Positions 1 through 9,740 of a stretch of 64,000 bases of DNA are shown in pieces. The stretch is taken from the NCBI GenBank assembly GCA_000002445.1, contig CP000066.1, positions 800,001 through 864,000 of the forward strand, given 5' to 3'. Position numbers and translations under genes: made by a program. The stretch's first letter is position 1, and each line of letters begins with the position of its first letter. The DNA is from Trypanosoma brucei. Taxonomy: Eukaryota. The notes under the pieces were generated by a model. It was not told the origin of the DNA. It searched no databases and saw only the letters and a list, made by a program, of their open reading frames with translations.

Positions 1-707
1 CACACAGACTCACCCACAGCTATTTGGTTGTCCGCAAAGTACGCAAGTAACTCTTTTCTGCACTGGGGAATGTGTGCGGCGCTCTTATGAATCCGCTGGA
101 AAATGTTCCCCACACTTGCAACGTCGAACTCCTTGGAAACTCGCTTCTTTTTAGGCGGCATGTCCGACAACAAACGATATCTGGCGGTGTTTACAATGCT
201 TGAGAAGGCAATAGTGACAGTGCTAAGTGCCTTCAGGTATATCCCCTCACCGCGACCTACTTAATATATGCGTAAGAGCGTAATGTTGTTGATTTTAGTA
301 TTGTCGTTTAAAAGATAAAGGGGAAGGGAAATAAATGGGTATTTGCACGTAAAAGGGTGGAGAAAACGACAAGAAAAAAGCAAATATAGAGCAAAGAATA
401 CCCAAAAGAGGCCAGTTGCCATCGGCCTGACGGAGGCAATTATACACGTACATCTACATCGACATATGGGTGCGTGCGGCGTCAGTGAACTTCCGCGTAC
501 GGTATGCGTCTAAACACAGCACAGGTAGCCAAGTCATATTTTTTTTTAAAAAAAGGGGGGGTAGAAGAAAAGTTGGCGTATTGCAAAGAATGGCACAGTC
601 AGAGAGAAAGAGGGTAACCTGTACACAGAGATGTGTGTGGTGCAGAAATACAGATCCGATATGTTCGCGCCTTGCGGAGGCTACCGCCCTCTTTGTTGTG
701 GCATGGC

Positions 708-2009
708 TTACACTGCAGCGTCAAACTCCCCCTCCCATTGCGTAGAATAAAATAGCTGCCGTCTAAAGTAAAAGGCCTCCTTTTTATCTAACTTGCTCAA
801 GTAAGAGTGCGTAAAAGTCCGCACGTCCTTCACCTCCATGGCAAAGTGAGTGCTCAAAACAAGATTCTTTGATATCGCAATTACGTCGGGATGTGGCTCC
901 CGCCCGGCGTGCTTCGCTGCTGTGACCACGTCATTGATTTTGTGAAGGAACTTGTAAATCACCAAAATCCGTGAGAAACCATTAGTCAGGACCGTCATGC
1001 TATTCATCTTCATGGAAAGCAACTTGTACACTGCTGACAACGCACTAGTGAGTGAACGAAGCAGTGGGTAACTGGCTGGTTGTGGATCTGAGTAGTATTT
1101 ACCTACAAGAGTGCATACATCAGTTGGAGTGTTAAGCTCATCTACAAGTTCAACACCAGTTTGCTCAAGTGAGACATTGGTTACGACCACCAAAAGAGCA
1201 GATACAACATCGTCATCTGACGAATCAAATCCATTTTCCACGTATCCGTGCAAAAGCGACGAGACAGCATGAACCGCCCTTCCTTCCATCGCTGCGAAAA
1301 TACCTTCTGTTTGTGTGGTCAGCTGCCCCAAGCATGTCACCGCATGCAGAAACATCTTGCGATTGGTTGCGGAATCGTTTTCCAGAATAAACACAAGGGC
1401 TGCTATCACATCTTTCTTCCCAAAAACACATTTAGAAGAACTCGGAATCGGGTCCATCAGCTCGAAACCTGGAGGCACCTCCGCCCCCAATAACCATCGC
1501 ACACCAGCAGCATTGAAGCTAATCTGATAAAGTACCTGCGCTGCAGCCGCCCGAGCCTCCGCACGCTCAGCTAAATTTCTGCGGTCTTGAATAGAACGAA
1601 TTGCAGCCTCTAATCCACCTTCTTCCATGACTACGTGGCATCCCTGTGAAATTATGCACAGGGAGCGCAGCAGCGCGAACACCTGGCATTCAAACTCAGC
1701 ACATGGCGTAGTGATGAGCGCGGCCACAACAGCTGGAACGACATTCATCCTCAACAGCTTGATTTTCGCCTCCTGCGAGGCGGAGTGAGCAATCAACAGT
1801 CGGACTGCACGCCGACGCTGCAGGGAGCCCACCGCAGGGTCACTGAGACTGGCAATCCAATCCCCAGCGGTGTGGGGTTGTAATCCATTGTAAACGAGTC
1901 CAATGTCACGGTTGGGACGGCCGGCAAAACCCTTCTCCACGTCGTATGGGTGACGCTCCTGAAGACAATCACTGACATAATGTCGCACTGTGCGGGCGGC
2001 CTCCGCCAT
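708..2009 (-). CDS. Conserved hypothetical protein, armadillo/HEAT-like helical repeats
   Basis: 433-aa ORF starting at ATG (2007-2009 'cat' on plus strand). Repetitive helical motifs (LLRSLC.., AAL.., VVPAVVAAL) suggest ARM/HEAT-type repeats. Purine-rich plus strand (polyY on coding strand) lies upstream at 2100-2300. Confidence 0.55.
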   Translation of the reverse strand: MAEAARTVRHYVSDCLQERHPYDVEKGFAGRPNRDIGLVYNGLQPHTAGDWIASLSDPAVGSLQRRRAVRLLIAHSASQEAKIKLLRMNVVPAVVAALITTPCAEFECQVFALLRSLCIISQGCHVVMEEGGLEAAIRSIQDRRNLAERAEARAAAAQVLYQISFNAAGVRWLLGAEVPPGFELMDPIPSSSKCVFGKKDVIAALVFILENDSATNRKMFLHAVTCLGQLTTQTEGIFAAMEGRAVHAVSSLLHGYVENGFDSSDDDVVSALLVVVTNVSLEQTGVELVDELNTPTDVCTLVGKYYSDPQPASYPLLRSLTSALSAVYKLLSMKMNSMTVLTNGFSRILVIYKFLHKINDVVTAAKHAGREPHPDVIAISKNLVLSTHFAMEVKDVRTFTHSYLSKLDKKEAFYFRRQLFYSTQWEGEFDAAV

Positions 2010-2099
2010 GGTTTGGATATAGCCTAATTCGTGCTAGCAGTGGAACGTATCTCGTGCGCCTCTATTAGACTAAAACCACGGATCAGGAAGGGTCGAAAC

Positions 2100-2300
2100 T
2101 TGGAGGACACGCACACAAACGATGTGAACCGCAGAGAAAAATATTCCTCTTTGGGGTGATGTAGGTGTTTAATAAATAAGAAGAAGGAAAATAGAGTTCA
2201 TGTGTGTAGCAAGGAAAGGAGAAGAGAGTGAAGATGGCGGCGGCAAGTGATGAAAAAAACCACACAACCAATAAAGGGGGGAGGTGAATGAACACAGCAG
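2100..2300 (-). promoter_or_regulatory. Polypyrimidine-rich (coding-strand) tract upstream of gene 708..2009, candidate trans-splicing/polyadenylation signal region
   Basis: The plus strand is strongly purine-rich (gaagaaggaaaatagag…ggaaaggagaagagagtgaagatgg), so the minus (coding) strand is polyY immediately 5' of the ATG. This is the pattern expected for trypanosomatid SL-addition sites. Confidence 0.4.
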
Positions 2301-3273
2301 CCAGCAAAAGTAATTAAGTATATAACGTGGAGTTAAATGCATTCAAGCGATACGTAAAGGTAAGCACCGCATCGTGGCGGGGGAAAACAAAAAGCGGCTT
2401 CACCCATCACTCCGCAACATGGCACAGCTTCCCACACATACACATAAATACAAACATAAACACACACACGCGCGCACGCGCACAGCCCCTTTCCCCCTTG
2501 CCCATGTCCATTTCCCCTTGACATTCCAGTAACTGGATTGTCAAGTCTTCTCTCCTCTTTCCCTCTCATCCGTCTCACCCTTCTCCTCTCTCCTCCTCTG
2601 CCTTTAGCGTTCCTATTATCATTATTATCATTATCATTATTCCTAAACACCCTTTCATACACACACACACACGGACCCACCACCCTTCGCGTTTTCGTTT
2701 TATTTCTGGTATTTTATTATATCACATCACTAATCTAAACACTAAGCTATCTTTTTCCTTCTCTTATGTTCATTTTCAACTCTTTTGAAACCGAAAAATA
2801 AGCCCCTGCACGCTATGTTTGTTCGACCGCACAAATAAAAGGGAGCAAAATGAAAATCACTTAAGGGAAAGAGCCAGTGTGCAGCAGAGCGAGTGGCACA
2901 GCGATTTCATCCCCGCAGCTGTCAGCACGGCGTGCCATGAGAATTATTTATAACGACGGCGGGGAAAACAACTATTATTATTAGTATGGGCAACCCTTAC
3001 ATAGACATAGTGCCAAAACTGGTGACATTGGCTGCGGTGGCCGCGTGTTGTTGGCAGTGAATGAACAAGAGGGGAATAAATAAGAATAACAACGCGGAAG
3101 AAGGGAAACCTTCCCTTAAATACCATAAAAACAGAAAACCTTGAAGGGCACAAAAAAAAAAAAAAAAGAAACAAACAACGCACCTCACTCCCTCACTCCA
3201 CCCCACCCCACCCCTCAGGGACGCACACATAAACACACTACATCCACTGGCGCCGACAACTAAAGCGACGCTA

Positions 3274-6200
3274 TCATTCGATTGGTGAAAAGAACCCCAT
3301 TCCCAGAGGTTCACGCTCCATGAAGCTACCGAAGTCAATGATGTGCGAACTGAGAGCTGTGACAACGTACATGACAAGATCCTCTGGGCACAGAACCCGC
3401 TCTTCGTCAAGGGACAGCAATTCCGTCACGGCAGGTGTGAGGAGCCCATCGTAAAGCCAACATCGCACCGGTCGTATTTCAACCGCAGCGTCCTCTGTGA
3501 TTACCACAGAAAGAAGAGAATTGTCCTTCACCTCCGCATCGCAGCCAACCAACGTTGAAACAACGTTGAGTCGGAGTGGCTGGCAATGTGCCAAAACAAC
3601 GCGGTCAATATTGTCCACGGTGTTGATTACATCCTGATAGGGAAGTGTCGATCCGTTGCGAAATGTAATTGCGTGTGGTGTTAAGGGGTCATGATCACCC
3701 GTCACAAAGTACAAGAAGAGGCGTTTCACATCTAAGGCAGCAACCTCCTGCAGCAGGTCCCCTGCTTTAGACGGGTCCCCATAGTTTACCAGGTAAACAT
3801 CAAAACCATATCGGTTTACGAGGACCTCCTGGAGCATCAGGAGCTCACATAGCACAGTCCCCTCATTAGAATTTGCTTCGCAAAAAATAAGCGCCACACT
3901 TCGCCCGGCCCACTCCTTCACAACGTCGGAAGGGACCTCTGCCTTCGCCGCTTTCCCCTCTGTTAAGGACCTAAGCAGTTCATCACTCCTCATCTCGTTA
4001 CCAGGCGCCTCGGCCTCAGTTCCGGTGCAAATAACAAGGTTACGAACAGACCGTCCAAAAGCATCACCGTCGTGGCACTGCAGTCGCAACTTTGAACGAA
4101 CTGCAGCCGCTTGCTGATCGCTTCCCTTGAATGCCACCAACTGACGGGCAAACTTTTCCTTCAGGCGGTTTACTTGCGACTTCAGTCCTGAATTTCTCTT
4201 CACGTCGTTGTTTGCCTGCAAATGAAGGATGAGTTTGCTGATATTTTGGATGTCGGCAAGAGTGGTATTTTCGATGAAATGCTGCTCCTCCTTGAGAAGT
4301 CTCTCCTCCAAACGCGGAAGAAGAGTCAATTCAGCTTTTTTTCCACCCGGGACGACGTTCTTTTGGAGCTTCTCCAGGCACGATGTTAATTTACCCTTGC
4401 TGTGCTTCTTCGGCTTGGTTTGCTTCAGTGCACGGTCCGACAATGCCGCCGTGCACCCTCCATCAGGTCCCTGCGCCGACGTGGGGGATGCTGAATTTTC
4501 CGAGCTTTCAGCAACTTCTGACACGTCCTCGATCTTGGAAAGTGTGCTAGCCGCTGACGCTGCTGCTCTCTGGCATCCTTTGTTGCTTGTATCCAATTCA
4601 CTATCTCTCGAAATATCCCCCGCAACTTCCGATGTGTTTCCGTTATCGTCCTCCTCGTCCTCCAATGATGATTCCTCTGCATTATTTCTGTTAACAACAC
4701 GCTGCAACTCCAACTGTTGTCGCACAGATTCAACGGCGTGCCTGAAAGATTCGGTAAAGCCCCGACCATCCAAGCAGTCCAGCATTGCCGATAATTCGTC
4801 CAATCTTTCATCCGAGACGGAACCCTCACGCAGGCGATTTGATATGTCAAGCAACAGAAGAGTCACAGACTCTTCAGCATCACCTTCGGCGAAGTCACCA
4901 TTACTAGTGTCTTCCTGCGCCTGCATACCAGGCTCTCGCGCACCTCGCGGTCCCCCTGAAGCGGGTATGGACTGAGCAGCATCTACAACAGAATTTTCGA
5001 GCTCCTTAAATCCTAGAAGCAAATTGATTGGAAGTCGATCTCCCTCCTCGCCAGCTTCTCTTAGTAAACTGAGATACGGTCTCAGTTCCTCTTCATTTTG
5101 CGGTGGGTTCTCGTGGATACGGCAAGTTGCCTCATCAAGCATGTCTTGCAGGTATGACATGCGAGCCACCACATCGGCGTCCTGCACTTGCCCATGTCTC
5201 GGTGAACCCTGGTTGAGGTTGGCACGCTCTCTTGTTGACCTCAGTGCTTCCCGGACCCTCTCATCTGCGCCCACTCGAGCCGGGGGAGTCCCCTTCAGCA
5301 GTGTAGCCGGCAGAGCTCTTACATCCTCCACATCATTACTGGTTGAAACGGCGGCGTTCGCTCTATTCATTGCTTCCCCCAGTTGGGCCTCAAACTCGTC
5401 ACGGAGACTCCTTTCCTCATTAGAAGATATCCCAACAGAGTAAACCATAGCCAAGAGACCTTGCAGGGGTTCAAGTTCCTCCATTGAGACAGTGAATTTC
5501 TCCATGTTGCTTCGCCGCAGTCTGTCAGCAATGTCGGCAACGGACCTGAACAACTTCAAACGCTCCGAAAGCATCGCATTAAGATTTCCCTCCTCTGCAC
5601 TAGGGACAGCATCGGCACTCTCTTCATTATCGTCATCTCCAGAACCGTCGTCAGCATTAGCAACACGAGAAACGGCGGGTGTACTGGCGCCCCCAGCCCC
5701 ACTCTCCTCGTGTGCTTCGTCTCCCGTATACGCAGCCACATTTTGCAGCTGTGTGTGCATCTCCTGAACGATAGGAAGAAGAGGGGTTGCTATTTCACCC
5801 AAAGAGAGGCACTGCTCTCGTATCTCTCCGATACTCACTACGAGTCTTGACACAATAAGGCGTCTTTGTCTCGCTGAAGCATTCCGAAACTCTTCGGATT
5901 CTAGAACGTTTCGTATCTCCTCCATCCTTGAAATGAGTTCAAGCGGATTCACAGAAGCTGAAACAGACACATCTCGAGTCGAATCCGGTGCGGTTGAGGC
6001 GGCTTCGAGAGCTTCACTAATGGGAGCAATGAGAACGTGCATCATCTCCGCCTCAGTGGGTTCCATATGTGGCAAGGATGACATAACATTTTGAAGTTGG
6101 GGTAAGAGACAAAGAGCAAAGCTCTTCCTCTTCCCCGCATCAGCTGATTTAAAGGCACTGGAGTCCAACAGCGACTGAATCTCCTCAACGCAGGCTGAAC

Positions 6201-8202
6201 TGGCAAGAAACAGCTGGCTACGCGTCTCACCATTCGAGCCCTGCCGGGCCCTCTGCTGAAGGATACCTTTTATGTGCGCAATAATTCCCATGAGCTGCTG
6301 CTGTCCGCCACATGCTCGGCACTTCTGCTCAATTAGCTGAAGCTGATTGAGGTTCTGCCGCGCTGCTTCTCCCTGCTCATCTGGTGGCAGTGCGTCGAAG
6401 GCACCGGAATTGATGTACTCAAAAACCTTTTCCAGCAATACCACCGCCTCGTCCGCGAGATCCGCCTCCTCCGAAGTGGCAAGACCGTTCGTCGTTGATC
6501 CAGGGGAACGCGCTGCACCACCGCTTGCGGGGCCAAGCTCCCCACTTCCACGTCCCATACTTGCGCGCTGACTCCACCTCTGGTTACTGGAAGTTTCATC
6601 TGGGGTTTCATCACCATCATCGGACCCATCAGCGACGGACCCGATCAGGCCCTGTGCCGTCTCAATCATCGTCATTATCTGCAAGTTTGTCTCGTCTCGC
6701 GGGGCACGCTCCATTCTTTGGTGAAGCCCTCTCAGTTTTCTGCCAAGTTTGCCGATCGTCTGCTGCTGTACCTCAACCGGTGCGTCCATCAACTCATCCG
6801 AGTGAAGTACCTGAATGATTGCCTGCAAATTTGCAACGACATGTGTCACGGGTATATCATCACCTCTCTCTCCCCGATAACCATCCACATTATCGGCTTC
6901 ACCCTCATTGTGTGGGGCACCTGTGCCTCCTCCGCCATGGGAAGAAAGCTCTTCGCGAGTCAGCGCTTCCATCTGTTCAAATACAGATGATACCCTGTTT
7001 GCAACACTGTTGATAATCGCAGTCGCCTCAGAATCATCCCATGTAGCGGCCTCCTGCAGAATACCGCCCAAGGTCGTTTTTATGCTCATCAACTTATCCA
7101 AACGACGCCGCGCATCTGGCTCCCCCAACACTGAAGACTTTAGCTCCGTGAACAAAGAGCGGAGTTGATTCAGTACGAGATCAAAGTTGGCTGGCCTCAG
7201 ACCACGGCGTACTCCTCCCAGAGTTGGAACACCCCCATGCGTACCATCGGCAGTAGCAGCTGCAGATTGCGATCCCCTCCGCTGTAGCCGCTGGATTACG
7301 GCTTCACACTTATTCAGTAGTGGCTCCCCGTATTCGGCGGGGAGGCGGCGTGCGACCGCAGCCACTCTGCTTATCTGCACACCTACTTGGTTTTGAAGCT
7401 CCTGCATCACCGGAGCAGATTCCACGTCAGCCGTCGTTCCGTCCAGGACGCGGACGAAATCATCGACCATATCATGCAAAGACTTCAACTGTTTCTCCAA
7501 GGCTGGGGACGGAGCAGGAAGAGTAGCGCCCTCGCCTTGATTGGGCGAACATGTAAACGTGGCTTGCAAACCACTGATGAGGGGTGCAACCTTTGCCTGC
7601 AACGCCGCCGGCAGTTGTTCCTTCTCTTGACACAGGGCGGCAAGTCTTCGTGCGCACGCCTGCCGTACACCCGTCTGCCATTCCGGTCGTGCGTTCCGAA
7701 AGTCCTGTGATTCGAGCAGCGCGCGAATCTCATCCACCTCCTGCACGATATTAATGAAGCGGTTTTCCGCATCATCTCCCGTGGGAAGTATATCCTCTGC
7801 CTTCTGTGGGGCCACTTGTTGACTGGCTTGGTGCACGGGCCGCTGTGAAGGGTGGGCAGATCGCAACTTGCGCAAGCCCTCGCGAATGCGGACTGCATCA
7901 CCCACCTTTGGCGCTAACGCGGGGAGGTCGGTCTCTCCTAACAAGAAGAGGACTGAACCATCCACATTGTTCTCCTCAAAATTCTTCATCGTCGGAGGCG
8001 AAACGCCGAGTGAATTCAACCAATCGAGCACCTCCTCCGCGCACCACTCCTCAACAGGAGTAGAGGCAGCTGTGTGGGGTTTCCGTCCCTGGCGCCGTCC
8101 CTCTTGACGAGACAAGAACAGATAAACGGAGCTCGGGACGGCCACCGCCGCAGCTGCCGCACAGAGGGCAGTAAACCAACCATTTCCCGTCGCCGAAGGC
8201 AT
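3274..8202 (-). CDS. Large (approx. 1640 aa) protein with an N-terminal TM segment, a SAM-like domain and a C-terminal candidate caspase/CHAT-like region
   Basis: Single uninterrupted 4.9 kb ORF. First in-frame ATG is at 8200-8202 (the ORF-track start is TTG). The hydrophobic stretch FTALCAAAAAVAVPSSVYLFL is followed by a SAM-like motif (EEVLDWLNSLGV...VDGSVLFLLGETDL...GDAVRIREGL). The C-terminus carries ...LYFVTGDHD... and ...VVLAHCQP..., compatible with a His/Cys dyad. Confidence 0.65.
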   Translation of the reverse strand: MPSATGNGWFTALCAAAAAVAVPSSVYLFLSRQEGRRQGRKPHTAASTPVEEWCAEEVLDWLNSLGVSPPTMKNFEENNVDGSVLFLLGETDLPALAPKVGDAVRIREGLRKLRSAHPSQRPVHQASQQVAPQKAEDILPTGDDAENRFINIVQEVDEIRALLESQDFRNARPEWQTGVRQACARRLAALCQEKEQLPAALQAKVAPLISGLQATFTCSPNQGEGATLPAPSPALEKQLKSLHDMVDDFVRVLDGTTADVESAPVMQELQNQVGVQISRVAAVARRLPAEYGEPLLNKCEAVIQRLQRRGSQSAAATADGTHGGVPTLGGVRRGLRPANFDLVLNQLRSLFTELKSSVLGEPDARRRLDKLMSIKTTLGGILQEAATWDDSEATAIINSVANRVSSVFEQMEALTREELSSHGGGGTGAPHNEGEADNVDGYRGERGDDIPVTHVVANLQAIIQVLHSDELMDAPVEVQQQTIGKLGRKLRGLHQRMERAPRDETNLQIMTMIETAQGLIGSVADGSDDGDETPDETSSNQRWSQRASMGRGSGELGPASGGAARSPGSTTNGLATSEEADLADEAVVLLEKVFEYINSGAFDALPPDEQGEAARQNLNQLQLIEQKCRACGGQQQLMGIIAHIKGILQQRARQGSNGETRSQLFLASSACVEEIQSLLDSSAFKSADAGKRKSFALCLLPQLQNVMSSLPHMEPTEAEMMHVLIAPISEALEAASTAPDSTRDVSVSASVNPLELISRMEEIRNVLESEEFRNASARQRRLIVSRLVVSIGEIREQCLSLGEIATPLLPIVQEMHTQLQNVAAYTGDEAHEESGAGGASTPAVSRVANADDGSGDDDNEESADAVPSAEEGNLNAMLSERLKLFRSVADIADRLRRSNMEKFTVSMEELEPLQGLLAMVYSVGISSNEERSLRDEFEAQLGEAMNRANAAVSTSNDVEDVRALPATLLKGTPPARVGADERVREALRSTRERANLNQGSPRHGQVQDADVVARMSYLQDMLDEATCRIHENPPQNEEELRPYLSLLREAGEEGDRLPINLLLGFKELENSVVDAAQSIPASGGPRGAREPGMQAQEDTSNGDFAEGDAEESVTLLLLDISNRLREGSVSDERLDELSAMLDCLDGRGFTESFRHAVESVRQQLELQRVVNRNNAEESSLEDEEDDNGNTSEVAGDISRDSELDTSNKGCQRAAASAASTLSKIEDVSEVAESSENSASPTSAQGPDGGCTAALSDRALKQTKPKKHSKGKLTSCLEKLQKNVVPGGKKAELTLLPRLEERLLKEEQHFIENTTLADIQNISKLILHLQANNDVKRNSGLKSQVNRLKEKFARQLVAFKGSDQQAAAVRSKLRLQCHDGDAFGRSVRNLVICTGTEAEAPGNEMRSDELLRSLTEGKAAKAEVPSDVVKEWAGRSVALIFCEANSNEGTVLCELLMLQEVLVNRYGFDVYLVNYGDPSKAGDLLQEVAALDVKRLFLYFVTGDHDPLTPHAITFRNGSTLPYQDVINTVDNIDRVVLAHCQPLRLNVVSTLVGCDAEVKDNSLLSVVITEDAAVEIRPVRCWLYDGLLTPAVTELLSLDEERVLCPEDLVMYVVTALSSHIIDFGSFMEREPLGMGFFSPIE

Positions 8203-9740
8203 TTCCAACAAAAAAAAGGGAAAAACAACAATGATATGTGTTCACCTCGTTTCGTGGACAGCTTCTGATACCAGCTGGCAAATCAGTATCTTCTCGTTCC
8301 TTTATTCCCTTTATATCTTTTGACAGTTTTCTTGTTCCTCTATTTTTTTTCTTTTTTAAAAAACAAAATCTGTTTTTCCCCTTTCCCTAGACCTTGACTG
8401 TACCAGCAGAAAGACAAGAAAAGTCCTCGTGCACACGGTGATGAGGTTCGGATAATATACGCGCGCACACACATACACACACACACACACACCTATATAT
8501 ATATATATTACAGGAACACAGTCCGCGCAACAAATTGCTTTTCAAGAGGGAAGAAAAATAAAGCTCCAAGTACCAAAGGCGACAACAGGAACCTTCCCGA
8601 TAACCTTCCACCAACCTCATAATGGAACAATAGCGGCAGTAATAACAACAGCAATGGCGGTGACCACAACAACAACGAAGAAGGAGACAATCATTTAACA
8701 TTAACCACCAAGTCAACTTTACCTCAGTAACATGTCACCAACCGTAACATCGATACGATAGCCCCGACATCTGCGCATATACAGCGCAACGGGAGTCTAA
8801 CGTTTGAGAAAAAAAGGGGCACAAAGCGTAACCACACGCAATTATCCGCACGACCATAATTTATAGCAGTGGGAAGTAACACAACAGCAGCAATGATACC
8901 ATTGGTACCACACACACACACGCGCCAAGATACCCTTCTCTCGCACTTGCACAAGCCCTTTTCCGTCTTCCCCCTGTTCCCCATTTACACTATTCCGCCT
9001 TTCGCTGTGGTATATGGAATGGCCAATGAAACCACAACCTTTAAAAAAAAAAAAAACAATCCGGTCTCATCACCTCTCAACTCTGCGGTTTGGAATCAAA
9101 CTCACCGACTTTTCTGCGTCAGCCACAGGCACGGCAGTATTTTGGTTACTATCCGTACCATCCCCAAAAAGTTTCTCATAGTAATAGCCACCGGGCAGTG
9201 CGCTGTAACTCTCCGGCAAATGGTGCCGTTGGTGCTCTGACATTAATCCTGTGATGTACACATAAGCTGCCGCTACAAGAAACCAAAATAGCAGCAGAAG
9301 CCCGCAAAAGGTAAGAAATGATGTGGTGAGACGACACGCGGGTCCTACTGCAGTTTGTGTGCACGTAGCAATGGGGCAAAAGCACTGGTAAAGGCGCATG
9401 TCATCGCCCATGAAACAACTCTCGGAGTCTGTGAAAAAGTGGTTCGTGCGACCCCCGTGGCACATGGTGATACACGTATGTGAACTGTATTAACTTCGCT
9501 CCTGTCAGGCAGGGAAGAAAAACCTTGCTGTTCTACAGTCTCCTGTTCGTTCCTTCTTGAAAAAAATATATGTATCAGGGGAAAGACGGGGCCAAAAAAG
9601 TGGTGTTGATTCATTGTTAACGAGGAAATGGATATGACCAATAATACGCAACCAAACGCCCTCCAGGTGTGCATCGCTTACCAACAACATATGAAAAGCT
9701 GCAAGGTTGGTGAAGAAGGACATATATGAATGCACTTGCG

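Noticed and set aside
470-745. 91-aa plus-strand ORF at the window start
   Set aside because: It is short, overlaps the 3' end of gene 708..2009 on the other strand, and has no features.
4229-7710. Multiple 60-250 aa ORFs on the plus strand and in alternative frames inside the 4.9 kb gene (for example 4229..4975 +, 5024..5443 +)
   Set aside because: They are nested in a long continuous minus-strand ORF with coherent domain content. Their translations are Ser/Leu/Arg-rich with no motifs.
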